Assembly (NCBI GenBank): GCA_964016885.1
Contig: OZ024740.1
Location: forward strand, 383,470,001-383,534,000
Length of the DNA: 64,000 nucleotides
Direction: 5' to 3'
From: Eledone cirrhosa
Taxonomy: Eukaryota
Both the position numbers and the translations under genes were made by a program. How positions within the stretch are numbered: the first letter of the stretch is position 1; each line of letters starts with the position of its first letter. The notes below the pieces were generated by a model that did no database searches, was not told where the DNA came from, and saw nothing but the letters and a program-made list of their open reading frames with translations. This document shows positions 35,867 through 50,358 of this stretch, one piece after another.

Positions 35867-38800
35867 TGATAGCTGCATTGAATGAACAAGTAAAAGGACA
35901 AGAATCAATATCAGGATAGCTTCTGCAAAGGAGAACAATATTAACCACTCACACCAATCCTCAGAAATATCAGAGTCTTTTAAAACTACAAGTTGTTTGC
36001 CAACCATAACCATATTATACACCCATATTCAATAGGCTGGTTATTCTCCTGCCTTAACCTTAATTTATTACCGTGGAAGTAGAGAGAATGCTGTAAACAG
36101 TAGTAAATAGTGAACCAGGCTAATACAGTAAACTCCAAAATGAAAGACAAATTGGCCTGACTTGGAGTGACAGATTACTGAAGAGCATTTGATATTATAC
36201 CACTCCATTTCCTACTTAAGTGACTCCACATGGATAGAGAAGCTCAGATATTCAGAGAGTACTTTAATTTTAAGAGAGGCTCAGCTATTCAGAGAATACT
36301 TTAATTTTGACATTAAAAAGCACCATATTATTACAATTCAAAGAGAATATCTTCAAAATCAGCGATGTCATCATAAGAAGCGGAATCATCCAGAGAGACT
36401 CATTATCCGCATACAATTCATTGACTTAGCTCTTATCCCATAAATAAATTCATGGAAAAAATTCAAATTCACAAATGGTTATAGATGCTACGTAAAAATA
36501 CAAACAATTGCAGTATGTATGGCTGCAAAATATTTGCAAGTAATACCAAGGATTTCAAAAAACATACTAAAAAATGATCATGATTAAAACCAAGGCATAC
36601 AAATAGATATGTGAATATACAAATATGAAAGCTACTAATCGAAAATGTAAGTTAATTCAAAATGAAAATATTAAGTCAGACATAAAATCGAAACCAGAAT
36701 ATCCATCCAGCTTCTCGCAGATATAAATTAGAATAGTTGGAACTGATAGGACCTAGGACACAGAAATGTATGTGATTAAAACATGTGCTACAGAAGTGAC
36801 AGTCAAATATTAAGTGCTGTTGAAAGAAATAAAATGATAGTAATAAATATTCTATTTCTGTCATAAAATATTTTTTCAATTTAATAGAGTACGGTTTGTG
36901 AATTGTATAGTTTAGTCAGAAAAAGTATAAAAACCAAATAATTTTGAATTAGGTCCGTTCTACTGAGCAGATACCGGTAGTCATTTCCGACTTTGGTGCC
37001 ACTGGGGCGTTCAAAGAGACTACGAAGATGTGAGATTGGAACTATCTTCAACTAAATGCTAGGGTGGTTATTTATACTAATTCATGTCAGCAGAGCTTTA
37101 CTAAGCCAACTGTGACATATCACTTAATTGGTATAACATAAATAATTTTTACCTTTATTTTTGTTCATGTAATTTTATTGATATAATTCATATTCCTGCA
37201 ACTTTCTGTTCAAGTAGTCACTGCCTGATAAGGTCCTATTGTTACAGAATAGTTACCATTGAAATACGTATAACAGAGATTGTGTAACAAATCAATGACG
37301 TACATTCTAATCCATTGACTTCTACTTCAATGATATACCAATATTCTGGAGTACACATATTTACATGTATCTTTCATCGAGTGCTCTATCCTGAGTACAT
37401 TAACGTCCGTTTATTAACCAACAAAAAATATGTCAAGTATATCTTGGTTTAACGGATTATTTCATCTACACTTAAGTGAAGATCGTAACAGTAATATCGG
37501 TGCTAACCTCAACGATGATAACAAGAACGAATAAAAAAGAAACAATAAACACTGCAATAAGTATGCTGCACACTATTCAAAATTAACTATTAGAAAATAT
37601 CCGCAGTTCAGTATTGAATAAGGTTTCCTCGTGTACTACATCTGGCGTAAGCTACTACTCTATAAGCCAAATCCATGGTAACATTTGAACTCGATACTGT
37701 AGGTTAGCATTCCTAAAAGTCTTCTTTAGTTGTGGCTGGCCATGGCATTGTTCCTGAAAATTTCCTCTCAAAGCGCAAGACTGGGTAAGCAACAGCTACT
37801 TGATATTTGATCTTAATTCCGCTGTTATAGAGTATTTGATAATTGTTTCTATTTCTTTGGCACAAAGCCAGCAATTACCCCCAGTGCATTATTGGTGCTT
37901 TATTTATCGATGCCATAATGATGAAATCAAAGTTAATCACGGCAGGGTAAAATTGTATGGTAAGAGGAGTTTCAGTATCCTGTATCATGGCCATCAGCAA
38001 AGTGCAGCGCTCTTGAAGAATCTGATTATATATACTATCTACCACCCGAGCATTTCATACTTTCTAAACCTACGTATTCCGTCCTCGCACATATTGAACT
38101 GAAAATAGTCACCATACCAAATTATTGCGTACCTCTGAGAGTATCAAGTTCGTCCTGGTATTACCAAGTAATCGATTTGCTTACATGGCGAATACGAAGA
38201 AGTAATATTCCAGTAATCAGTCTCTGTCTTGAAATGTTAGTGATGCCTGATGTACGACATTGGTAATTATGTAAAAGCTCAACACGAATACGCAATAGTA
38301 TAATTGTGAATACCTTACGCGTTATTAATATTCTTCTCTGCGGAAATTGTCTATAGGCTTATTGAAATGAAAGCAAAAATTAAATAAAATTACCTATCAA
38401 CTATCAATAGTGTTACCAAACCTTTACTAATCGTACCCACGAGATGTTTACTTTAGTCTAAATTGCTTTCTTTTGCATTTAACTTTCTTATATAACCTGA
38501 TTCAGTAAAGAATACAATTTCATTTTGTCAGGAATGCAATGAATGAAATTATTTTAAGTCTATCGGAATGTCATTTTCATACTCTATTCATTTTATGTTG
38601 TTTAGACCAGGGTCACACCCAACTGAATCGATATAATATCAAAATCATTCGAGTTAAGCATTGTATATTCATGACAATAAACTCAAATGTTTACACCAAT
38701 TCTTATTTAAGAATTTAGTTTGTATTTTGAGAACAATTTGACTATAATTTCTAGACAGTCGAATGACTACATAAAAGATATTCCGTTGAACGTAAATATT

Positions 38801-39618
38801 AGTGTTATTATTCGATAAAACACTTACGGAATTAAATTGAGATAGCTGAGAATGTTTGAATTATTAGGGTAGCAATATTGTCTCAAACATTTGGTCTTAT
38901 CCCACCACTGATATATAACTATTTATCCTTGAAAAGGACAGCTTGTCTGCCATTGATTCCCGCCTGGAATTCAGCGTTCACCTTTCGGTCCAGGAATTAT
39001 AGTTTGTATTAGTCATCCCCTGCATCATAAGTATATAGCCATTCATATTTGCCCGTATTGTCGCTTTTCCAGGAAGGGATGGATTGAGATAGTGTGAGAG
39101 ATCATCCAGCACTTACCCAACGGAAATCCAGCACAAATTACATTTATATATTATTCATGTGTGAAGGGATGTAGATGGCAAAGAATTCGACAGAGCAGGT
39201 ACTTCCCACTTTCTGTCATTTAATATATTTTTCAACACTTACCTTTACTAGCAGTATGTTTATGTAAAATTGTCCAGGATGGTAGTTAAGCACCACCATA
39301 TATATATCAACTAACATTTCTCTAGATGTAAAATAGAAATATAGGACGTTCTACAAATTCATTATCATAATAAAGTAAATCTGTAAAGGCAAAACCTGCA
39401 AATGCTACTGTTGCAATTTCTAGTATAATAAATCTGTAGTGCATGCTAACGTTTCTGCAGGTAGACTAATAACATTCTGTGCATTTGAAGGACCACTACT
39501 GTAAATAAACACAAACACGCATACACACAAACACATGTGAACACATGCACACGTACGCACGCGTACACACACACACGTACACACATACACACACGTACAC
39601 ACACATACACACACACAC

Positions 39619-40000
<382 letters not shown>

Positions 40001-40869
40001 GATAAATCTACCAAGAGTTTACGGTAGTGTCCAATCCGTATGAAGAACTCAATGTATTCCGGATATCATGGAAAGAAGAGATGTAATGAAAATCCACTTT
40101 CGGTGAAAGATAAACGGTATACAGAGTCAAGATAAAATATTAAACAAATAATGAATAAACAATTCCTTATATTAAACAAAAAAAGTTCATTATTTAACGA
40201 TCGTTTCTAGGGCATATATGTGTTATAATTGGTATGCATATTCAACAGATCTATGTACAAAATTATACAAAATTATACAAATTATCAAGATTAAATATAC
40301 ATACCTAACACATATATACGCCGTCTTCAGAAATAATGAAGTATATTTATTGATAATAACAACAATTCAAAATATCAGTTCAAAATTGACCAATGAAAAC
40401 ACAAAGGGTTAAAAGCAGTTCGGTGTGTGTATATACATGTAAAATCCTTACACATATTTTACAAAAATGTATGTATAACTTGTATACGCATACTAAAAAG
40501 ATGGATGCAAACACAAAATTTCAAGGTTAATATCTCTGTAAGCTTAAAATGCGCTGATAAGATGCGCATTGATACTTATGGAGTCAAGCATATAAATATA
40601 TTTTTTCATACTCACACATATCAGTATAATCACACATACATGCGCGTATATGCATAAATATACACATAACCACGAACATACAAACACACACACACCCCCG
40701 CTCACATTTATATATGTGGATATAAAATCATAAGCACATGGAAATTAAATCACTCACATAAAACACTGGCACACACATTTCAAGATCAAGATACAGAAAT
40801 TAGGTGGGAGGGGGGGGGAGGGGTCAGTATTCAATTGTCTGAGCAGACTGCCTAATATAAATGTATCTA

Positions 40870-41163
40870 TAAATTAAGAAAAATAAAAAAATAAAACAAT
40901 AAAATATAATAAATATAATATAATATACATACACATACAGATATATATACACATACATACATGTACGCGCACATAGAAATATTTACGCATACACACATAC
41001 ACACATACATATACAGTCATACACACACATACACTTACACGAACATACACATACACATATAAAAAGATATATATATATACACACACACACGCGCAACACA
41101 TACACACATACACATATATATAAAAAATAGATAATAAAGATATACATCCATATATATATACAT

Positions 41164-41232
<69 letters not shown>

Positions 41233-41311
41233 CATACACATACATCTAAATATACATACACATACATACACACATACATGTACATACATGTACATACATA
41301 TACGCACATCG

Positions 41312-41356
<45 letters not shown>

Positions 41357-41675
41357 CACACACATAGACATATAGATACATACACACACAACTTACATAC
41401 ACACGTATATATATATATATAGATGTACCTTCATACACAGAATTAGATATATAATCATACATACATATGCACCTACTTATACTCATATATATAAATACAT
41501 ACGCTTCCATATATGTGTATATACATAAAAAACAATACAACCTCACCAAACTCAGACATACAAATAAAAATAATAATAAAAAGGCATATGTATATACATA
41601 CACACACGCATTAATAGAGATATATATATATACACACATACATACACATATATATATATATACACACATATATAT

Positions 41676-41726
<51 letters not shown>

Positions 41727-41848
41727 TAGACTCATACATATATATATATATATATATATAAACATATATATCCACACACTCATACCACCATAAATACACA
41801 TACAAACACCCACACATATATATATATATATATCTATATACACACACG

Positions 41849-41902
<54 letters not shown>

Positions 41903-42051
41903 TAAAAAACAGACATGCACATATATATATATATATATTTTATTACTCTTATATATACACATATTATATATACATACACAACCTCACTTATACACATATA
42001 CACATAAGTTATATTATAATAATAAAGAATAATATACATATATATATATAC

Positions 42052-42083
<32 letters not shown>

Positions 42084-42196
42084 ATACATACATACACATA
42101 CATACATACACATAAACATATACATACATAAATACACACATACGAATAAAGACATATATTCACACATAGACACCTATATATATATATATATATATC

Positions 42197-42234
<38 letters not shown>

Positions 42235-42760
42235 CACATACACACACACACACACACACAGACACACATACACACTCACATATATATGTGTATGTGTGTG
42301 TGCGCACATACACATATATACACACACACATACAAACACACACAAACACATACATATGCATACGTGCACACACACACACATATATATCACATAGATACGA
42401 AGATAAACATATAAATAGAGAGACATACATATATATACACAACACACATACACATACATACATACACGCATATACATATACATACATATATACACATATA
42501 TATATTTTCCTATATATACAAGCATACACATACATACACATATATACACATACATACACATATACATACAACACATTCACATACACATACATATATAATG
42601 CATATATATACATATATATACATACATATGTATGTACAATCATATATACACACACAATCTTACATTCATATTTGCATGCTCATATATGTATTTTTATATT
42701 TAGATATAAATACCCAAACCTATATAGACACCTACCTACATATATATTCATACATAGACG
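40870..42760. repeat. ~1.9-kb compound (AT)/(AC)/(ACAT) microsatellite lying between the family C ORF and its 3' pLTR
   Basis: Seen directly. Confidence 0.9.
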
Positions 42761-43378
42761 CTTACAAATACAGATGATAATAGTATGGGGGAAAGGGGGG
42801 GTTTGGAGAAGGGGATCAAAGTAAATATATGTTTCAAGAAACATATAATATTTTCCGTATCTTTATTCAATGTATGTTCTTACATATTTTCAGTGCTAGG
42901 AAATACGAAATCTATGCATCTCAAAATAAATAAGTATACCATTAATCATATGTTAACTAAACCAAAGATAGTCAACATATTGATTTCTAAGGTGTAAATT
43001 AGTTAGGTTTATAATATTTGAAGCAGAATGTTGAAGTCAAACAGTAGTAGATTATTAATTACAGTATAACTAAATTAAAGTTAATAACGTTATGGTATCA
43101 ATATTAGGAAATGAATTTAGTAATAGGGAAAAGAAACCCAAATAAAAATAAAATAAAGTATTACATCGGTAGTAGCATATAAATTATATGTTAACTAAAT
43201 TAAAAATTATATATTTATTTCAATAGTATACGTTAATTAGTATATGTTAATTAGGTATACAATACATAAAGCAGATATTGTATTTCATCAATAGCATAAT
43301 ATAATTATATGCAAATAGAAATCAAAATTAATACGCATACATATACATATACATACACATACACATATACATACATAT

Positions 43379-43423
<45 letters not shown>

Positions 43424-43952
43424 TACACATATATACATACATACAGATACACATACACAACACACACATACACATACACATATACATATACATATCTTTT
43501 TCAAAAAATTGCACAGAATATATTAACTAGGTATATATCCAAAACACATCCCATTCTATGATTACATGACATTCTGCAATTCGTCTGTATAAGGATACTA
43601 ATTTTAAGCAAATTAAAATTAAAATTTTTAGGTTGATTAAAACTAAAACCAAATAATAAATATATTTCCAAAATGTATATTAATTAGGTCTATAATACTA
43701 AAAATTATTTCTCTGTCATTGGATACATGATATTATTTTGTTATATTTTATCTGTAAAAGAATTATAATAAAAGGTTTAAATAAATTAAAATTAATCTAT
43801 AAATTAAATTACTAAGTATATATTAGTAATATTTAAAGGTTTTTCACAATTTATGATTACATAATATTTTCTCATCTGTAATAAAATATTAATTAAATTA
43901 AATTTATAGGTTAACTAACATTTAAATAAAATTAATTTCTAGAATAATGTTA

Positions 43953-45371
43953 TTAATTAGGTTTATAATATTTAAATGTTTTTTTTAGTTTATGATTACA
44001 CGATATAATTAATTCCTGTCGTTTATTTAATAAGATGTCCTTAGATTTCATTATTTCAAATAGTTCTTGGGAACATAATCTACATTCCTTTCTATTATTT
44101 TGATAAGGGGTGGCTCTTTTGAGCACACTCCAGGTCAAATCATATTTTATATTCTTATTTTTATAACTATTGATTTTTTCTGCTAGAGATGTTGTATTAG
44201 CCAGTGCGGCATTTTTAAAACTATGCTTGTGGGTATTAAACCTTGTCTTAAAATTGTTAGAGGTAGCTCCTATATATGAGCAAATAGAATCTTTAGTTTT
44301 AACATTACATTTATAGACTATGTTGTTAACAAGACAATTCCCTTTTAATGGGCAGTTTGTTTTGTTTCCTCAGTTACATCCTTTCGTTAATTCTGTATTT
44401 GAGGAGATATTATGGTTAATTTGATGTACTGGTGGTATACTTATGGTTTTCTTACATTTATATGCATTATATGCACTTATATTTTGTTTTATGTTATTTG
44501 TTGTAGAGTATGAGAATTTAACTGTAGACCTATTTAAGATTTGATGGTATTTGTGGTTTGGCGGGAAGTTTTTCTCAAGGATATAAAAAAATTTTTTAGC
44601 AATATTATCCTTAACTTGTAAATTAAAAGGAGCATTATACCAAGTAACTCGTCTATTACGGTTTCTATGTTGTTTATTATTTTTATTATTTTTATAGGTT
44701 GTATCATGATTTTTACTAGGAGGATTAATGTTAATGATCTCACCACAACTATTTTTAGTTATATTTGTAGATTTAGGTGTTTTATCTTTTTTATTAGGAG
44801 TTTTATTATTAATATTTATTATAGTTGTATGATGAGTAGTTTTTTGAGGGTTACTATACTTTATATTAGAAGATTTAGTATTTTGGGGTATATTGTGGGT
44901 GGCATTTAGGTGTGTACTTTTCATTTGGTGTTTGTTGGTAATATTATGCTGTATGCTTTCAGTATTTTTAGTAGAAGGTATATACTCTAATCTATTTTTG
45001 TGGCCACTTCTATCTAGAGCTTCATTATAAAAGGTCGCATTTTTATCAAATACATCTTGGTTAGAAGAAAGGTTAGAAATTCTAAGTGATATATTATATG
45101 CAAGGTTTTTAAGGATAGATTTAGGGTGATTAGATTGTGAGTGTATGTAATGTAAGTTTTGGTTAGGTTTATGGTAAGGTTGGTATATACCCGTAGCTAA
45201 ATCTAAAGTTATATCTAGGAAATTTACTACTTTACTTGTTTTTTCAAAAGTAATATTAAGATTATAATAGTCTTTAAGGAAAGTTCTAATATGTTTTTTG
45301 TTTTTTTCGATTTCTGAAAGGCTAAGGTTGTTAGAAAGAAGAAGACAGTCATCACGATATAAACCATCTAT
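43953..45371 (-). CDS. Nematis-like PLE RT C-terminal half plus GIY-YIG endonuclease, single in-frame TGA at 44370-44372
   Basis: One frame: GLYRDD, VNFLDITL, YHKPN..YIHSQSNHP, VTWYNAPF, NRSTVKFSYS, GCN*GNKTNCPLKGNCL, IVYKC, YIGAT, FKTRFNTH, CRLCSQE, LLNKRQE, CNH. No other stop found. Confidence 0.9.
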
Positions 45372-45886
45372 ATTAGGCAGTCTGCTCAGACAATTGAATA
45401 CTGACCCCTCCCCCCCCTCCCACCTAATTTCTGTATCTTGATCTTGAAATGTGTGTGCCAGTGTTTTATGTGAGTGATTTAATTTCCATGTGCTTATGAT
45501 TTTATATCCACATATATAAATGTGAGCGGGGGTGTGTGTGTGTTTGTATGTTCGTGGTTATGTGTATATTTATGCATATACGCGCATGTATGTGTGATTA
45601 TACTGATATGTGTGAGTATGAAAAAATATATTTATATGCTTGACTCCATAAGTATCAATGCGCATCTTATCAGCGCATTTTAAGCTTACAGAGATATTAA
45701 CCTTGACATTTTGTGTTTGCATCCATCTTTTTAGTATGCGTATACAAGTTATACATACATTTTTGTAAAATATGTGTAAGGATTTTACATGTATATACAC
45801 ACACCGAACTGCTTTTAACCCTTTGTGTTTTCATTGGTCAATTTTGAACTGATATTTTGAATTGTTGTTATTATCAATAAATATAC

Positions 45887-46041
45887 TTCATTATTTCTGA
45901 AGACGGCGTATATATGTGTTAGGTATGTATATTTAATCTTGATAATTTGTATAATTTTGTATAATTTTGTACATAGATCTGTTGAATATGCATACCAATT
46001 ATAACACATATATGCCCTAGAAACGATCGTTAAATAATGAA
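45887..46041 (+). ncRNA. Hammerhead ribozyme with very long stem II (family C pLTR); mirror copy at 40186-40340 (-)
   Basis: TTCATTATTT-CTGAAGA-[~115-nt hairpin GGCGTATATATGTGTTA...TAACACATATATGCC]-GAAAC-GATC-GTT-AAATAATGAA. Confidence 0.85.
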
Positions 46042-46086
46042 CTTTTTTTGTTTAATATAAGGAATTGTTTATTCATTATTTGTTTA

Positions 46087-46117
<31 letters not shown>

Positions 46118-46268
46118 TGCGTGGCTGTTGTACGAGTATCGAGAAGACTCCAATTCAGAATCGTACTCGAAGCATGGATGGGTGTAGAATGGGAATACTA
46201 ATGATGCAGAGATTCTACGGCGAACACTACCAGAGAACCAGCGGAGCTCGCGAACGAATCTCTATCTC

Positions 46269-46369
<101 letters not shown>

Positions 46370-46933
46370 TTCAAATATATGTAACGCGCGTGTAATGAAA
46401 AGGAAACTCTAACCTTTATTAAATCTTTCCCATTACTGGATCACCACCACTATACTTGTATTTAGTATTCCTCTTGTCTCTCATAAAAGCGGCGGATTAT
46501 TTAAAAAGGAAATCGAACGTATATGATACCTCCACGAGACTAGAACTCTGAGTGAAAGACACATAATGTGAAAGGCCGCCTCAACATTTGAACTCCTAAC
46601 TTATGAAGTGGATAGTAACTTATATTCTAATATATATTTTATCTGAAACTTTTTAAAACAGTGAAACTATTGTATAACACTCAATTGAATTCGAAATATT
46701 AAACATGAAGTTAGTGAATGGTTGTTTTGCTGAATCAATGCATATTTCTCCATTTTATCATATTTCAAAAATACCGATTTGTATGTAACAATATTATTTC
46801 CACTCCATACGGTGTATATGTATACAGGGATAACATTTCCCAGAGCACTGCACAGGCTCTTTTGTTTGAAACAGAAACATACATATATATATATATATAA
46901 TAATAATAAAGGAAACAACAAACACAGGGATGC

Positions 46934-46998
<65 letters not shown>

Positions 46999-48218
46999 AG
47001 GCTATAGAATTTCCATAAAACATACTCTACCAATATAAATTCATTTTATGTGACTCGATTTTATTGGTGATTTCTGTGCTTTTTGTTTTGTTTTTTATTT
47101 TCTTATTTATATTGCTTCCGAAGTATTTGATGTTATTCCATTTTCAATTCCATGTTGTATTCATACAGAAACGCTATCAGACTCTCTCTGCCCAGACACC
47201 AATGTCTTTATGCTGCCTTTCAACATGTGAATAATAACAAATAGATCTTAAAATTATTTCTCCACTTAAGTTGCAGTATTGCGAGGAATTCAACATTCAA
47301 CCTCAACCAAGACACACACATACACACACACACATATGCACAAATACACACACACACGCACGCATACACATACTTACTCACACAGATATACGTACATATA
47401 CATATGTACTCACTCATACATTCACATAGATATATTACACATAAATATATGTACACAAATACATTCCACTATACACGTACCCGTGTATACACACATACAC
47501 AAATTCACATTGAATGATTCAATTTCAATTGTCTGAGCCATTCACCACGTAAAATACTTTCTTTTAGTCTTTATTTACTATACCACTTTGTTTCATAACC
47601 TTCGTTTCTTCATTCTTTCCCGTTATACCTGTTATTGTTGGGTGTGTACAACGTTATGTATTGTCAAGACGAATGTCTTGTCTCAAACCAAATATTATAT
47701 ATGAAGCTTGTTAGAATGTTCAACGTTTTCTACAATATTTAACTTTAATCTAAATATATAAGTAATATACGTATTCATGCTAACTATATATAACATAAGA
47801 AATCATCCAATCAAGAGTTTAGACAGAATTTTTGACATTTTATTAGTCTTACAACTGAAAACATTTAAATGAATGGATAGTGAAAAAATTACTTTCCATC
47901 TTAGTAAGATACCTTAAAACAAAAAGAAAATGAAAAAAAATATAATGTTAATTTTAATTTCAAAGTGTTTCCTCAAAGTTTTAAAAATACATACATCAAC
48001 ATAAATTTGAAGCGGAAAAGGAAATATGTCGATATTACAATGCCATTAATCCTTATGTATTAACTCAAACGTGTAGCAATAATATTCGTATTTAGTAAAG
48101 TTGACACATACGCTAGAATAGTTAGACGAAATGGTAAGAACTATTGTTCTTACCATAATTAATGAAGTTATGAAGAGAATACTACGATTCCGAATAGGAG
48201 AGATTATTTATTTGATGC

Positions 48219-48400
48219 ATTGGCAGTATCAGTAGAGGGTCGGACACCATGCTTTCCAGCATAGTTACGTCCCTTTATGATCTGAATTCAAATCCCGCCG
48301 AGGTTGACTTTGCCTTTTATCCTTACGGGGTCGATAAAATAAAGTACTGTAATGCACTGGGTAATTGCTGGACTTGTGCCTAAAGTAGAAACAATTATTT
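48219..48400 (+). mobile_element. tRNA-derived SINE with Nin-like domain
   Basis: ATTCAAATCCCGCCGAGGTTGACTTTGCCTTTTATCCTTACGGGGTCGATAAAATAAAGTAC. Confidence 0.85.
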
Positions 48401-48981
48401 AGTTGATTGGCAAACATGAAATGAAAAAAAGTCAAAGGTTAAATATTGATAGATCATTAACTGGGGTGTAATGGATCAGGTGAGAAGAAAATAGAATACA
48501 TAAATATAGTAAAAATGTTGTTAGGAACATGAATAATAACGAAGAACAACACGCTCTCAAAAGAAATTAGACAGTATGTGATAGAGCAGCGATAAGTGGA
48601 AATCGTTTGATGGCATATGTTGGCAGAAATGGACACTGGATAAAAACAAGAAGTGTTGGAGGATATCAGTAGAGACAAGGCGAGCAAAAAAAAACAAAGC
48701 AAAAAAAAAAATACAGAAGGGTAGTAACAAAAACTATAACCATCATTTTAATCGTGAAGTCTCTCAATCCACAAGATAATAGCTTTAGTGAATCTAAATG
48801 GACAGTGATGACAATAGTATAACTAATAACCAGATGGAAAGTATTCGTTAACAGGATTGAAGTGGGTAACGATTACTAATAGATAACGGGAATAAATTAG
48901 GTGTTATTGTTCATATCCAAGCATACATTTGATTTGTATTACATAAACTATCAGACACCCACACAAATACACACATACACA

Positions 48982-49065
<84 letters not shown>

Positions 49066-49072
49066 TAAATAT

Positions 49073-50000
49073 TTCGTTTCTGAATTTATTTAGCAAGATT
49101 CTTTATCTGAAAAGTTGTGTTGAAATCGATATTGTTATACTTTGGGAGGGTCATGTTGCCAATTAGAAACACACGCACCACAGACTTTCACTCCAATTTA
49201 TTATAAATTTCAAAAGAATTTCAAAAAAATTCATAAATTTCCGGTTGGTTGGTTGGTTGGTTCCACAACCGGGTGGTTGTTCATATATTGTCAAAGTTCT
49301 TTCGTCACACTTTATGTGACCTCTTCAGTGAATGGGGATTCTTTTTCTTTGTTGTGTGCCTCTCCTTTGTTCTGTCCTACGCCATCTTGTTTTTGTGTGT
49401 GTTGTGTGCTTAGTTTGCGCATGTGATACATCCGGGTGTCTGTGCGTGTTTTTATTTGTTTATTTATTTGTTTATTAACATATTACTGGTTGGTTGTTTG
49501 TTCTATGATGTGTATTTTCATTTTGTCCTTAATTGTAAGTTGTGATGCTGCTATTCCATTCATGTTTTCTACTTAATTTTGGTTGGAGTTCATTTATGTT
49601 TATTGCCTCTGTGATTTGTCTAAACATTGCGTCTCTTCTGTGTGTAAATTTTATTTTTATTTCTATGTTCTCTAATTTGCCCTTATGTTCTATGTTAGCA
49701 TGTTGGTGGAGTATTGATGATTTTTTTTTCTATCTTGAAGCTCTATCTTGAAGCTTCTATCTTGAAGCTCTCGCCAGTGTTCATTTAACCGTTCTCCTAT
49801 ACTACGAGCTGTCTCACCTATGTACATTATATTCTTATCTTTACATTGTCCTTCAGTACATCTTATGCTATATACTATGTTTCTAGTTTTCTAGTTTTTT
49901 TTTTAGTTTTTTTTAACTTTTTTAATCTATAATAAATTGGAGTGAAATAACTGCCGCATAAGTTTTTATTGGCAACATGACCCTCCCAAAGTATAACAAT
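49073..50000. mobile_element. PLE family A: minus 3' fragment (49073-~49890, hammerhead at 49290-49331) plus short inverted pLTR end (~49925-50000)
   Basis: Matches 1945-2791 plus the tail. (AT)n flanks. Confidence 0.9.
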
Positions 50001-50022
50001 ATATATATATATATATATATAT

Positions 50023-50061
<39 letters not shown>

Positions 50062-50092
50062 AGAAAAACCACAGACCCTCCATCTCAACTCA

Positions 50093-50130
50093 CCTTTTGA
50101 AAAGCAGAAGAACTGCGAAACCGGTAAAGG
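50093..50130 (+). ncRNA. Minimal hammerhead ribozyme, U3-A8 core variant, in a ~210-bp insert between (AT)n tracts
   Basis: CCTT-TTGAAAA-GCAG(aagaa)CTGC-GAAAC-CG-GTA-AAGG. Confidence 0.8.
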
Positions 50131-50262
50131 AACCAAATAAATATATATATATTTTTTTAAAATAAGACTCCAGTTGCATTTTCGATTTCATCTCTTTTTC
50201 TTTATACTTTCACTCGTGTAGGACACCTCGGTTATTTTTCATTTTGTAAAAAAAAACCTCAC

Positions 50263-50354
<92 letters not shown>

Positions 50355-50358
<4 letters not shown>

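Larger units (their letters stand above)
39998..46094 (-). mobile_element. Nematis-like PLE (family C), 5'-truncated, bounded by ~725-bp inverted pLTRs (40135-40859 and 45370-46094)
   Basis: The arms are near-identical reverse complements, with a ~137-nt tail on the left arm only. (AT)n on both sides. Confidence 0.9.

Noticed and set aside
29500-39500. Possible host exons in the repeat-poor stretch (e.g. ORF 36189-36443), also 55-61 kb
   Set aside because: No recognisable protein motif or supported splice structure. Small exons cannot be excluded without RNA-seq.
40874-42824. Long YI/CV/HT-repeat ORFs here and throughout the window
   Set aside because: They are translations of dinucleotide microsatellites.
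43843-43875. AUGA...GA hairpin on the minus strand as a SECIS for the family C UGA
   Set aside because: The apical loop is only ~4 nt and the stem is AU-only and imperfect. A second near-match at ~40031-40069 is out of register. Neither is convincing by eye.
40135-46094. 725-bp inverted repeats as DNA-transposon TIRs
   Set aside because: The enclosed ORF is a truncated PLE RT/GIY-YIG and the repeats contain a hammerhead, so they are inverted pLTRs.
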